Shown piece by piece: positions 55,032 through 64,000 of a stretch of 64,000 nt of DNA. The DNA is from Candidatus Curtissbacteria bacterium. Lineage in GTDB: Bacteria > Patescibacteriota > Microgenomatia > Curtissbacterales > GWA2-41-24. The translations under genes were made by a program, and so were the position numbers. Where the stretch lies: positions 36,782 through 100,781 of the forward strand of contig JACPEV010000011.1 of NCBI GenBank assembly GCA_016183325.1, read 5' to 3'. Under the pieces are notes generated by a model. That model worked only from the letters and a program-made list of their open reading frames with translations. It was not told where the DNA came from and ran no database searches. Each line of letters begins with the position of its first letter. The first letter of the stretch is position 1.

Positions 55032-55697
55032 ATGGCTAAAATAATACCGGGAATTTTAACAAATAGCGAAGAGGAGTATCATGAGCGGCTTCTTAAGGCC
55101 GAACACGTCAGCGACTTAATTCAAATTGATGTGGTGGACGGCAAATTCTCTGCCAATACTACAATCCAAACGGACGTTATTAAAAAATATCTTTCTTCAG
55201 CCCAACTTGAAATTCAACTAATGGTTGTTTTTCCTCAAAACTACATTGATGATCTAGCACCTTTAGAATACGTTTCCAGAATTATTTTCCCTTTTGAAAT
55301 TCATGGGGACGTTCGAGACGATATCTACTTAATCAAGAGATTCGGTAAACAAGCCGGAATTTCGCTAAACCCCGAAACCCCAGTTAAAGCTGCTATCCAT
55401 TTTTTTGACGATATAGACATCTTGCTTTTGATGACTGGTAAACCCGGATATTCAGGCCAAAAGTTGGGTGAGGACACTTACGATAGAATTAAAGAGGTTA
55501 AGAAAATAGTTCCTGATTTACCTATCGAAATCGATATTGGTGTTAACTTTGAAAACGCAGCAAAACTTGCTCACGCAGGAGCTGATTTTTTAGTTGCTTC
55601 GAGTGCTCTTTATGGCGCGCCCGATTTTAGAGTCGCTTATGAGAAACTTGCCAAATTGGCGGAAGTTAATGAAAAGAAAATGGTTGCTGGAAAGTAG
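55032..55697 (+). CDS. rpe: Ribulose-phosphate 3-epimerase-like protein
   Basis: QIDVVDGKF, GISLNPETP, MTGKPGYSGQ, AGADFLV. Confidence 0.85.
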   Translation: MAKIIPGILTNSEEEYHERLLKAEHVSDLIQIDVVDGKFSANTTIQTDVIKKYLSSAQLEIQLMVVFPQNYIDDLAPLEYVSRIIFPFEIHGDVRDDIYLIKRFGKQAGISLNPETPVKAAIHFFDDIDILLLMTGKPGYSGQKLGEDTYDRIKEVKKIVPDLPIEIDIGVNFENAAKLAHAGADFLVASSALYGAPDFRVAYEKLAKLAEVNEKKMVAGK

Positions 55698-55806
55698 AAA
55701 ATAGTAATAGAAAGTAGAAATGGGAAATTAGAAATTTAACTCTTAACTATTTTCCAATCTCAAATTTCCATTACCATTTTCAAGTCTCTAGTTAACCAAT
55801 TTCTAG
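55680..55806. repeat. Inverted heptamer arrays
   Basis: aaagtag aaaatag ... / ttttcca ... atttcca ... atttcta. Confidence 0.7.
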
Positions 55807-55826
55807 TACTTTGTTAATATTAAATT

Positions 55827-56423
55827 ATGGCCAAAATTCAAAATGTAACCTTTTTGGGCTATTCAGATGCAAAAGAAAATGAAACCCTTTTTAAGCAAGC
55901 CTTCGATGTCGCAAAGCTTTGCGCCCAGCACGGATACACCGTAATCAACGGGGCTGGGCCTGGCGTGATGAAAGCGGCGACAATGGGCGCAAAGAGCGTT
56001 GGAGGAAAAACAATCGGTATAACTTTTTATCCTGTTGGCTTGCAGCTTTTTGAGGGCAGGGACGAAACAAACGAAGTGGACGAGCTGATTGTTGAGGACA
56101 ATTATCTGGCGAGAACCTTGAAGTTACTTGAGATTGGACAAACATTTATCTTTTTTAATGGGGGAACCGGTACTATTTCGGAATTTGCCATGGCTTGGGG
56201 TTTGGCACGGCTTTACTATGGCCATCACAAACCTTTGATTTTATACGGAGATTTCTGGCAGGAAATTATTTTTGCATTTACCAAAAACATGTATATCAGA
56301 GCTGAAGAAAGATTAGTTTTTAAGATTGTTAATAAAGCTGAAGATGTAATTTTCGCAATCGAGGAAACAGCAAAAAAAATAGCCAGTCATACAGAAGAAA
56401 AATCAGGCCCCTTTTCTGTATGA
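55827..56423 (+). CDS. LOG family nucleotide phosphoribohydrolase-like protein
   Basis: NGAGPGVMKA, GGTGTISE. Confidence 0.85.
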   Translation: MAKIQNVTFLGYSDAKENETLFKQAFDVAKLCAQHGYTVINGAGPGVMKAATMGAKSVGGKTIGITFYPVGLQLFEGRDETNEVDELIVEDNYLARTLKLLEIGQTFIFFNGGTGTISEFAMAWGLARLYYGHHKPLILYGDFWQEIIFAFTKNMYIRAEERLVFKIVNKAEDVIFAIEETAKKIASHTEEKSGPFSV

Positions 56424-56430
56424 GTGTTTC

Positions 56431-57429
56431 TTGCTCATGGATAAAATATTTGAATTAATTACAATTGGTGATTCTACCGTCGACACTTTTCTTAAGATAC
56501 GTGATGCGACAGTGGAGTGTGATATTAATCATGAAGACTGCAAGATTTGCGTTAAGTATGGTAGCAAAATTCCGGTTGATTCGATCGGACATGGGGTTGC
56601 CGGAAATGCAGCAAATGTGGCGGTTGCGTGCTCAAGACTAGGTCTCAAGTGCGCTATTTATACAAACCTGGGAGATGATGAACCAGGCAAGAGTATTTTC
56701 GACGAGTTAATCCGGCAACAAGTTGCCCCTGATTATATCAGGACAAATCCAGGAAAAAATTCTAATCTTTCTGTTGTAATGACTTATCAGGGGGAAAGGA
56801 CTATTTTTGTTTACCATCAAGACTGGTATTACAAACTGCCTAATCTTGCCTCATGCTCTTGGGTTTATTTAACTTCAATGGCCGAATCCTTCACGAATTC
56901 TAACATCATGGATGAAGTTTGCCATTATATCGATAAGTCGCGCGCAAAACTGGCTTTTGGTCCGGGAACCTACCATTTAAAAGCAAGTGTCGCACGTTTC
57001 CCAAAAATCCTAGAAAGATGCCAAGTTTTATTTGTGAACCTTGAAGAAGCAAAAACAATCCTAGGCATTGACGAAGCAGAAAAAGTAAACGTGAGAGACC
57101 TTCTTTCGAAAATGCTGCTTTTGGGACCAAAAACCGTGGTCATAACTGATGGTGAGGAGGGATCATATGCAACTGATGGACAGGTAGACCTCAAGGTTGG
57201 AATATTATCTTCTCAGGTGATCGAAAAAACAGGCGCAGGTGATGCTTATGCTTCCGGTTTTATTTCTGCTCTTTTTTTGGGCCGGTCACTGGCGGAAGCA
57301 ATGGTCTGGGGAACAATTAACGCGTCTTACGTGATTCGAACTGTCGGTGCCCAAAACGGGTTGTTGACAAGAGAACAGTTGATAAAGTATCGAGGGGAGC
57401 TTAAAGGATTGACGGCAACTAAATTTTAA
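56431..57429 (+). CDS. PfkB family carbohydrate kinase
   Basis: AGNAANVA, NLEEA, TDGEEG, KTGAGDAYASG. Confidence 0.92.
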   Translation: MLMDKIFELITIGDSTVDTFLKIRDATVECDINHEDCKICVKYGSKIPVDSIGHGVAGNAANVAVACSRLGLKCAIYTNLGDDEPGKSIFDELIRQQVAPDYIRTNPGKNSNLSVVMTYQGERTIFVYHQDWYYKLPNLASCSWVYLTSMAESFTNSNIMDEVCHYIDKSRAKLAFGPGTYHLKASVARFPKILERCQVLFVNLEEAKTILGIDEAEKVNVRDLLSKMLLLGPKTVVITDGEEGSYATDGQVDLKVGILSSQVIEKTGAGDAYASGFISALFLGRSLAEAMVWGTINASYVIRTVGAQNGLLTREQLIKYRGELKGLTATKF

Positions 57430-57433
57430 AAAC

Positions 57434-58396
57434 ATGCCCAGCGTATATGTAACTGCCGAAATCCCCCAAAACGGCATCACGATTTTAACGAAAAGAGGGT
57501 TTAAAGTTCAGTCTAACTTGGGGCGTAGATTATCTAAAAATGAGCTCAAGGAGATTTTCGCCAAATATGATGGTGTGGTAACTTTATTAACCGATCACAT
57601 TGACGAGGAGATTATCAAGTCCTCTAGAAATCTTAAAATTATTGCTAATTTTGCTGTAGGTTTTGACAATATTGATGTTTTGGCGGCAAAAAAACATGGC
57701 GTTGTGGTTACGAATACTCCTTCGGTAGCCAATATTTCTGTTGCCGAGCACACAATGATGCTAATTTTAGCCTGTCAAAAAAGATTAATTGGGGCAGATA
57801 GATATGTCAGGGCGGGGAGATTAGAACGCTGGGACCCACTTATGTTTTTATCACCCCAAGTTTGGGGAAAAACGATTGGGATTGTGGGACTTGGAGGGAT
57901 TGGTCTGACTGTTGGACAGATGGCGCTTCAAGGGTTTAAGATGAAAATTTTCTACAACGACATAATTCGTGCCCAGGATTTTGAAATGATAAGTGGGGCT
58001 AAGTTTGTAGACCTGGAAACTCTTCTTTCAAGTTCTGACATTGTAACTCTCCACGTGCCCCTGACTGTTAAAACGCATCACATGATTGATAAAAAAGAGT
58101 TTTCTCTTATGAAAAAAACTGCGATTTTTGTTAATACTTCAAGAGGATCTATCGTCAATCAGGAGGCACTTATTTGGGCTTTAACAAATGGGATTATTGC
58201 GGGAGCGGGGCTGGACGTATTCGAAAACGAACCTCACGTTCCCCACACGCTTTCGGTCCTTGGTAATGTGATTTTGACTCCACACATTGGATCTGCCACT
58301 TTTGAGACTCGAGAGGCTATGGCCAAAATTGTCGCAGAAAATATTATTGATGTTTTTGAAGGCAGAACGCCTTTGGGACTTGTTAAGGTTGATTAA
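57434..58396 (+). CDS. D-glycerate dehydrogenase / glyoxylate reductase family
   Basis: AVGFDNID, GLGGIG, VNTSRG, LDVFENEP, TPHIGSAT. Confidence 0.92.
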   Translation: MPSVYVTAEIPQNGITILTKRGFKVQSNLGRRLSKNELKEIFAKYDGVVTLLTDHIDEEIIKSSRNLKIIANFAVGFDNIDVLAAKKHGVVVTNTPSVANISVAEHTMMLILACQKRLIGADRYVRAGRLERWDPLMFLSPQVWGKTIGIVGLGGIGLTVGQMALQGFKMKIFYNDIIRAQDFEMISGAKFVDLETLLSSSDIVTLHVPLTVKTHHMIDKKEFSLMKKTAIFVNTSRGSIVNQEALIWALTNGIIAGAGLDVFENEPHVPHTLSVLGNVILTPHIGSATFETREAMAKIVAENIIDVFEGRTPLGLVKVD

Positions 58397-58417
58397 CTTT
58401 TAAACTTACTACAAGCC

Positions 58418-58771
58418 TCAACCGGTGGCGTTTTTGATGAGATCGATTTTGGGGGGATCTTGGGTATGATCGATGGCAACAACGTCAATACGTTCTAAAA
58501 GCGGTAACTTTTTGTATGAGTTGGCGTTTCGGTAGAATTTAGCGGCACGCACTAAAAAGAAGATTTTACTTTTGGTGATGGCTTCTTGAGGGTAGCCATA
58601 GGCAAGACTGGTTCTGGTTTTAACTTCGATAAAGACCAGGGTGCTTTTTTCAAGTGCAACGATATCTATTTCGCCGCCTCTAATTCGGAAATTGCGATCG
58701 ATTATTTTGTAGCCGCGCCTTTTTAAAAATTCTACGGCTAAGTCTTCCCCATGTTTACCAATATTTTTCAT
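58418..58771 (-). CDS. YraN family endonuclease-like protein
   Basis: GEDLA...GEIDIVA...FIEVKTR...RIDVVAI. Confidence 0.92.
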   Translation of the reverse strand: MKNIGKHGEDLAVEFLKRRGYKIIDRNFRIRGGEIDIVALEKSTLVFIEVKTRTSLAYGYPQEAITKSKIFFLVRAAKFYRNANSYKKLPLLERIDVVAIDHTQDPPKIDLIKNATG

Positions 58772-58782
58772 ATCTTTTCTAT

Positions 58783-58891
58783 TGTCATTCTGGAGTCGAG
58801 TGAAACTCGACGATAGAATCTATTGTTGGTTATTAAAGCGGATATTGATTTAAGGGATTCTATCGCTCACTTCGTTCGCTCCAGAATGACG
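58783..58891. repeat. TGTC-type REP-like palindrome overlapping the rnhB 3' end
   Basis: TGTCATTCTGGAG...GATAGAATC ... GATTCTATC...CTCCAGAATGACG. Confidence 0.85.
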
Positions 58892-59512
58892 AAAGGAAGA
58901 AGCATAGAGAAAATCGAGATTATATGATCTGCGGTGAATATCTGTTAAACCGTGCTTTCTGATAGCGGCTTGATGAAAAGCGGTCCCATAGCCTTTGTGT
59001 TTACCAAAGCCATAGTCTGGGTATTTAAAATGTAGTCTTTTCATCAGATTGTCGCGGAAGACCTTGGCAATTATTGAAGCAGCGGCAATAGATGCGCATA
59101 TCTTATCCCCGTTTTTGACAGCCATTTGTTTTTGGCGGTTTAAGTACTTGATGTGAAAGGCATCAATAATTGCGAAATCGGCTCGCGGGGAAATGTTGTT
59201 TACGATTTTTCTAAAAGCGATAAAGGTGGCGGCACCGACGCCGATTTTGTCAATCTCACGAACGGAGACTTCGGCGATGTAACACCCTACGGCTGCCTTT
59301 TTAATTATCCGGCTGAGTTTGTTTCGTGCTTGGGGTTTGACTAATTTGGAATCGGCAAGGCCGTCGGGAATTTCAAAATCCGGGGCTAAGATGACACCGG
59401 CTGCTACCAAGGGACCCGCCCAGGACCCACGGCCAACTTCATCGATACCGGCTATATATTTATGACCTTTTTCCCAGAGAGATTTTTCGATTTCAAGATC
59501 GGGCAGAATCAT
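58850..59512 (-). CDS. rnhB: Ribonuclease HII
   Basis: GIDEVGRG, DSK, IAAASIIAKV, HKGYGT, HRRSY. Confidence 0.96.
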   Translation of the reverse strand: MILPDLEIEKSLWEKGHKYIAGIDEVGRGSWAGPLVAAGVILAPDFEIPDGLADSKLVKPQARNKLSRIIKKAAVGCYIAEVSVREIDKIGVGAATFIAFRKIVNNISPRADFAIIDAFHIKYLNRQKQMAVKNGDKICASIAAASIIAKVFRDNLMKRLHFKYPDYGFGKHKGYGTAFHQAAIRKHGLTDIHRRSYNLDFLYASSFRHSGANEVSDRIP

Positions 59513-59783
59513 GCGTCTTGCGAAGGTGATATAGCTTTGCTCTGCGGACGTCGCCTTTTTTGACTACTTTGACGCTTTCAATTGAAGGTGAGTCAAGGGG
59601 AAAAATTCTTTCGACGGAAACGTGGGCGGAAGCATTTCTTCTGACTGTAAAAGTCTGATTTTCTTTTTGACCACGCAAGGCTATTACGATGCCTTCAAAA
59701 GGGGTCTTTGATAATTTTTGGTCGGAAAGATCTTTGGTGTAGACCCGAATTGTGTCGCCTACGTTAAATGTTGCTTTCTGCAT
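59493..59783 (-). CDS. rplS: 50S ribosomal protein L19
   Basis: GDTIRV, FEGIVIA, TFTVRR, VERIFP, VRRAKLY. Confidence 0.95.
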   Translation of the reverse strand: MQKATFNVGDTIRVYTKDLSDQKLSKTPFEGIVIALRGQKENQTFTVRRNASAHVSVERIFPLDSPSIESVKVVKKGDVRRAKLYHLRKTHDSARS

Positions 59784-59825
59784 TGTGCGTACGTACTATA
59801 TTAGATTTTGAGCCTTGATGTCAAT

Positions 59826-62800
59826 TCAAGTCAAAATACGGCAACCTAAAACTTCTAGTTCTTGGGCAAGCTGCGAGGTTTTTTTTGCGCCGAAAGGAAC
59901 CTGGAATTTTTTAGGAGAGCCATTGCTACTTTGTAAAACTAGGAAAGTCTGATTGTCACCCGGATTAGATTTTAAAACATGATATATCTTGGAAAGAAGA
60001 ATTCTGTCAGCATCCTGCGGTATAGCTACTTCCAAAGTACTTTGCGGCTCAAATTCTTCTTCTTCGACTTGGTTAATTGATTTAACGCTCTGTGCAATTA
60101 GAATTGGAGTAGTTTCTCCTTCTTCAAGTTTACCGGCAATTAGAACAATTTGATCGGTAATTAAATAACTCCTTGAAGTTTCGAAGACCCTTGGGAAGAC
60201 GAGCACCTCGATTGTACCGGTCATGTCCTGAAGTTTCAAAAAACACATTTCCTCTTTTTTAACTTTAGTCAGGGTTTTTCGCAGCGAGGTGATAATGCCT
60301 GCTATTTTGACTGATCTTGAAGTCGCCGGGTCTATTTCACTAATTGTAATGCTGGCTATTTTTGCAATTTTGGCTGCGACTTTAGTTAGCGGATGCTCTG
60401 TGAGATAAAGACCTAACAGTTGTCTCTCCCAGGAGAGAATTTCTTCTTTTGGCGCCTCTTCGATGGTTGCCAAAAGTGTCGATATACTTGCGGGAGCAGC
60501 CTGTTTTTCTAGTTCAATATCGTCAAAAAGGGTACCTTGCCCTTCTGCGATCGTTTTTGAAAGAGATGCGCCTTGAGATTTGATTTCGTCAAGGACCCTT
60601 AACATAGCATTTCGCCTGCCGAACCGATCCATTGCTCCTGCCTTAATTAAACTTTCCAGAGTTTTTCTATTGACCACTCTCAGGTTGACTCGCCTTGCAA
60701 AGTCATCAAGGCTTTTGAACTGTCCGTTGGTATCTCTTTCTGAAATGATCGCTTCTATGGCAGCGTCTCCGACATTCTTGATAGCGGAAAGTCCGAATCT
60801 AATGCTTTCTTCCTTATCATTTTCGATCGCGAAACCTGTTTGGGAGAAATTAACATCCGGAGGTAAAACTTTGATTGCCATTTTTGCACATTCTGCGACT
60901 GCAGCACCAATTTTGTCAGCATCATCAGACTCGGCCGACATAACGGCAGTCATGAACTCAACCGGGAAGTTGGCTTTCATATAAGCTGTTTGATAGGCAA
61001 TTACCGCATATGAAGCTGCGTGCGCTTTATTAAATCCGTAGGCGGCGAAAGGCTCAATATGCTTAAAAAGCTCATCGGCCCTTTGTGAAGTCATGCCATT
61101 TTTGACACAACCTGAGACGAATTTTTCTTTTTGCCTGGCCATTTCAGCTGGTATTTTTTTGCCCATGGCCTTTCGAAACTTATCTGCTTCCTCCCAGCTA
61201 TAACCAGCGATATTAATTGCGGTTAGCAGGACATCGTCCTGATATACAATCACTCCGTAAGACTTTTTGAGGTAATCAGCCATCCTTGGGTCAAAAAACT
61301 TTACTTTTTTGGGGTTGTGTTTTCTTTCGATAAACTCGGGAATAGAATTCATAGGACCCGGCCTAAAGAGAGAAATCATGGCCATGATGTCAAAAATGTT
61401 TGTAGGTTTCAACTCTTTAAGATAACGGGTCATTCCTGACCCTCCGAGTTGGAAAAGTCCCATTGTCTCCCCTTTTGCCAGAATTGCAAATGCTTTTTTG
61501 TCATCCAGTGGAATTGTCGAAAGATCGATATTTTCATTTCTGTTTCTTTTGACAATCTCGACGACTTCACCGAGAATTGAGAGATTCCGAATTCCTAGAA
61601 AGTCCATCTTCACAAGGCCTGCTTCCTCAATGTCGTACATGTCGTACTGAGTAATGATTTTTTCGCCCGAAGTTTCTTTTTGAAGAGGCGTGTAATAGGT
61701 AAGATCATCAGGAGCGATTACTACTCCCGCTGCATGAACAGAAACGTGTCTGGCGTTGCCTTCGACTTTTTCGGCTAAATCTAGGAGTTGTTTAACTTCT
61801 GCATCTTGTCTGTAGAGCTCTCCCAGCTCGCGATTTTGTTTTTTGGCTGTATCAAGAGACATATGAAAACCCTGGGCGCCTATTGGTATCATTTTGGCAA
61901 TTCTGTCCGCCTTTGAATACGGCCAGCCAAGAACTCTGGCTACGTCTCTTACGGCAGCTCTGGCCATCATTGTTCCAAAAGTTCCTATTTGAGCAACTTT
62001 TTCTCTTCCGTATTTGTCTCTAACGTACTCGATAACTTCGTCACGTTTATTATCGGCAAAGTCTACGTCGATATCTGGAAGGGTTGGTCTGTAAAGATTA
62101 AGAAATCTTTCGAATGGAAGTTCAAAGAAGAGTGGATCAACAGAGGTTATACCCAAAGCGAAGGAAACAAGACTTCCCGAAGCAGACCCTCTAGTTGTTG
62201 AAATAATTCCTCTTTCACGAGACCAGTTGACAAAGTCTGCAACGACTAAAAAATACGTTGAGTAGCCTTTTTTTGCTATAACCGAAAGTTCGTACTCTAA
62301 TCTTTCTTTTATCTCTTCGGTAACATCAGCAATCCTGTTTTTAATTCTCTCAAAACAAAGACTTTTTAAGTAATCATCTGGATTAATATTTTGAGAGACT
62401 TCGAATTTTGGAAAGGCAATTTTTTGCAGTGTAATTTCAATGTTCACTCTTCTTGCGATCTCTTGTGTATTTGTTACAGCTTCCGGTAAATCTTCAAACA
62501 GTTCCTGCATTTCATCTGAATTTTTCAAATAGTAAGTGGGTGAGTCGATCATGCGAAGCCTTTTTGTGTCCGAAATCATTTTGCCAGTTTGTATGCAGAC
62601 AATAGCATCTTGAGCTTGAGCGTCGAGGGGTTTAACATAGTGTATGTCATTGGTTGCGACAAAGGGAATTTTGGTGATTTTGGAGAGATTTTTAATGCCT
62701 TCAATTAATTTCTTTTCATCCCTAGCCATCTTTTCAAGTTCCTGATAGATTTCGGTTCCAGGAGTATTTGCTGTCATAAACTTTTCAAAAAGATGTCTTT

Positions 62801-63326
62801 GTATCTCTAGGAAAAAGTTTCTTTGGCCAAAAATCTGCTGATACTGCTCGATACTCTTCTGGGCTTCTTTTAAATCTGCTTCAATAATTGATTTAGCGAT
62901 CTGGGATGAGGAACACCCCGACAGGGCAATCAAACCCTCTGAATATTTTGCCAGGATTCCTTGGTCTACTCTTGGCCTGTAATAAAACCCTTCCAGGTGA
63001 GCGATTGTTACCAGTTTCATTAGATTTTTATACCCCTGGTAGTCTTGTGCCAAAACAGTTAGATGGTAATTCTCGTTATCTTTTCCCGCTTCTTTATCTG
63101 TGAGCTTTCTTTTGGCGACATACATTTCGCAGCCGATGATTGGATTGATACCTTCTTGCTTGCACTCTTTATAAAATTTGATTGCTCCATATAGTGAACC
63201 ATGGTCGGTGATTGCTAAATGTTTCATGCCGAAAATTTTGGCCTGGGAAACTAGTTTGGGGATTTTAGAGAGCCCATCCAAAAGCGAATATTCACTATGA
63301 GCATGAAGATGAACGAAGTCGGACAT
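59826..63326 (-). CDS. dnaE: DNA polymerase III alpha subunit
   Basis: HLHAHSEYSLLDG PHP, RGSASGS, PDIDVD, KMDFLG, YGFNKAHA. Confidence 0.98.
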   Translation of the reverse strand: MSDFVHLHAHSEYSLLDGLSKIPKLVSQAKIFGMKHLAITDHGSLYGAIKFYKECKQEGINPIIGCEMYVAKRKLTDKEAGKDNENYHLTVLAQDYQGYKNLMKLVTIAHLEGFYYRPRVDQGILAKYSEGLIALSGCSSSQIAKSIIEADLKEAQKSIEQYQQIFGQRNFFLEIQRHLFEKFMTANTPGTEIYQELEKMARDEKKLIEGIKNLSKITKIPFVATNDIHYVKPLDAQAQDAIVCIQTGKMISDTKRLRMIDSPTYYLKNSDEMQELFEDLPEAVTNTQEIARRVNIEITLQKIAFPKFEVSQNINPDDYLKSLCFERIKNRIADVTEEIKERLEYELSVIAKKGYSTYFLVVADFVNWSRERGIISTTRGSASGSLVSFALGITSVDPLFFELPFERFLNLYRPTLPDIDVDFADNKRDEVIEYVRDKYGREKVAQIGTFGTMMARAAVRDVARVLGWPYSKADRIAKMIPIGAQGFHMSLDTAKKQNRELGELYRQDAEVKQLLDLAEKVEGNARHVSVHAAGVVIAPDDLTYYTPLQKETSGEKIITQYDMYDIEEAGLVKMDFLGIRNLSILGEVVEIVKRNRNENIDLSTIPLDDKKAFAILAKGETMGLFQLGGSGMTRYLKELKPTNIFDIMAMISLFRPGPMNSIPEFIERKHNPKKVKFFDPRMADYLKKSYGVIVYQDDVLLTAINIAGYSWEEADKFRKAMGKKIPAEMARQKEKFVSGCVKNGMTSQRADELFKHIEPFAAYGFNKAHAASYAVIAYQTAYMKANFPVEFMTAVMSAESDDADKIGAAVAECAKMAIKVLPPDVNFSQTGFAIENDKEESIRFGLSAIKNVGDAAIEAIISERDTNGQFKSLDDFARRVNLRVVNRKTLESLIKAGAMDRFGRRNAMLRVLDEIKSQGASLSKTIAEGQGTLFDDIELEKQAAPASISTLLATIEEAPKEEILSWERQLLGLYLTEHPLTKVAAKIAKIASITISEIDPATSRSVKIAGIITSLRKTLTKVKKEEMCFLKLQDMTGTIEVLVFPRVFETSRSYLITDQIVLIAGKLEEGETTPILIAQSVKSINQVEEEEFEPQSTLEVAIPQDADRILLSKIYHVLKSNPGDNQTFLVLQSSNGSPKKFQVPFGAKKTSQLAQELEVLGCRILT

Positions 63327-63375
63327 AGTTCGGTGTTTCAGTTATTCAGTGTATCAGAAATCTAGGCTTTGTGGT

Positions 63376-64000
63376 TTATTCTCTCAGCTTCTCTTGCAGC
63401 ATTGATTTTACACTGTTTACGTCCAGCTTTGATCCCGCTTTCCTCATCACTTGCCCTATTAAGAAACTCAGTGCGTTCTCCTTGCCGCTTTTATAGTCTT
63501 CTACTGCTTTTTGGTGTTTTGCAAGGATTTCGGTAATGATTTCATGTAATTCCTCCGCGGTAGCAACTTTGATTATTGTGAGACTAGAAACTATGCCTTT
63601 TATTATAGAAGCCGGCCCCATATCGGGCTTCTTGTTTATCATAACGATTGATATCTGCCTTGGAGTGACACCTAGAGGATTTCCTATTTTAACCGCCTCT
63701 TCGAAATCGTTAGCAACTTTTTGTCCTCGAGTCAGAATTTCTATTTCATATGGAGGAAGTTTATATTCGTCCTGAAATCGTTTAAACTTTTCATCGGGTA
63801 ACTCTGGAATACTTTTTTTGAGCTTTACAAAATAATTTTTATTAAATTCAAATGGCGGCAAATCAGGCTCGGGAAAATAACGATAATCATGTGCTGCCTC
63901 TTTTGACCTTTGGCTAACGGTTTGGTTTTTGAACTCATTCCAGCCACGGGTTTCTTGTACTGGAATTTTTCCGCTATCCAGAATTTCCGCCTGTCTTTTA
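63376..64000 (-). CDS. gatB: Asp/Glu-tRNA amidotransferase subunit B, C-terminal part (starts beyond the window)
   Basis: QETRGW...QRSKEAAHDYRYFPEPDLPP; FLIGQVMR. Confidence 0.93.
   Translation of the reverse strand, partial: KRQAEILDSGKIPVQETRGWNEFKNQTVSQRSKEAAHDYRYFPEPDLPPFEFNKNYFVKLKKSIPELPDEKFKRFQDEYKLPPYEIEILTRGQKVANDFEEAVKIGNPLGVTPRQISIVMINKKPDMGPASIIKGIVSSLTIIKVATAEELHEIITEILAKHQKAVEDYKSGKENALSFLIGQVMRKAGSKLDVNSVKSMLQEKLRE

Noticed and set aside
59826-63326. Intein in DnaE
   Set aside because: The length of 1166 aa is ordinary and no intein splice motifs were seen
9008-63775. Numerous 60-180 aa ORFs antisense to or nested in housekeeping genes
   Set aside because: Shadow ORFs with no motifs, fully overlapping well-supported genes

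Overview
AT-rich bacterial chromosomal window whose gene content and style look like Patescibacteria (CPR), probably the Microgenomates group (inference; no rRNA here). Signs are the short UvrC, minimal lower glycolysis (gpmI-eno-ppsA) and many genes with a -10 box just before the start codon. The backbone is housekeeping: uvrABC, lexA, xseAB, dinB, typA, a DEAD-box helicase, rpe, rnhB, rplS, dnaE, partial gatB and 7 intact tRNAs. On top of this are several accessory features. (i) Three small stand-alone GIY-YIG genes sit at tRNA-Glu and tRNA-Lys. Two are bracketed by partial tRNA duplicates carrying an inserted hairpin, and each neighbours a different palindrome family. (ii) A four-helix-bundle (IVP/Avd-like) gene lies between inverted heptamer arrays and between two copies of a promoter plus ~60-nt two-hairpin RNA unit. 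(iii) An island after tRNA-Lys holds a three-gene GHKL/MORC-like ATPase operon, a DUF5678-retropepsin pair and a putative ADP-ribosyltransferase. (iv) Integrase-free cassettes are delimited by copies of the tRNA-Arg 3' end. (v) REP-like palindromes and heptamer repeats are dispersed throughout, some inserted in frame in uvrA, dinB, ppsA and rnhB. No CRISPR array, rRNA, integrase or intact transposase was seen. All family assignments come from recognising motifs by eye, not from database searches.
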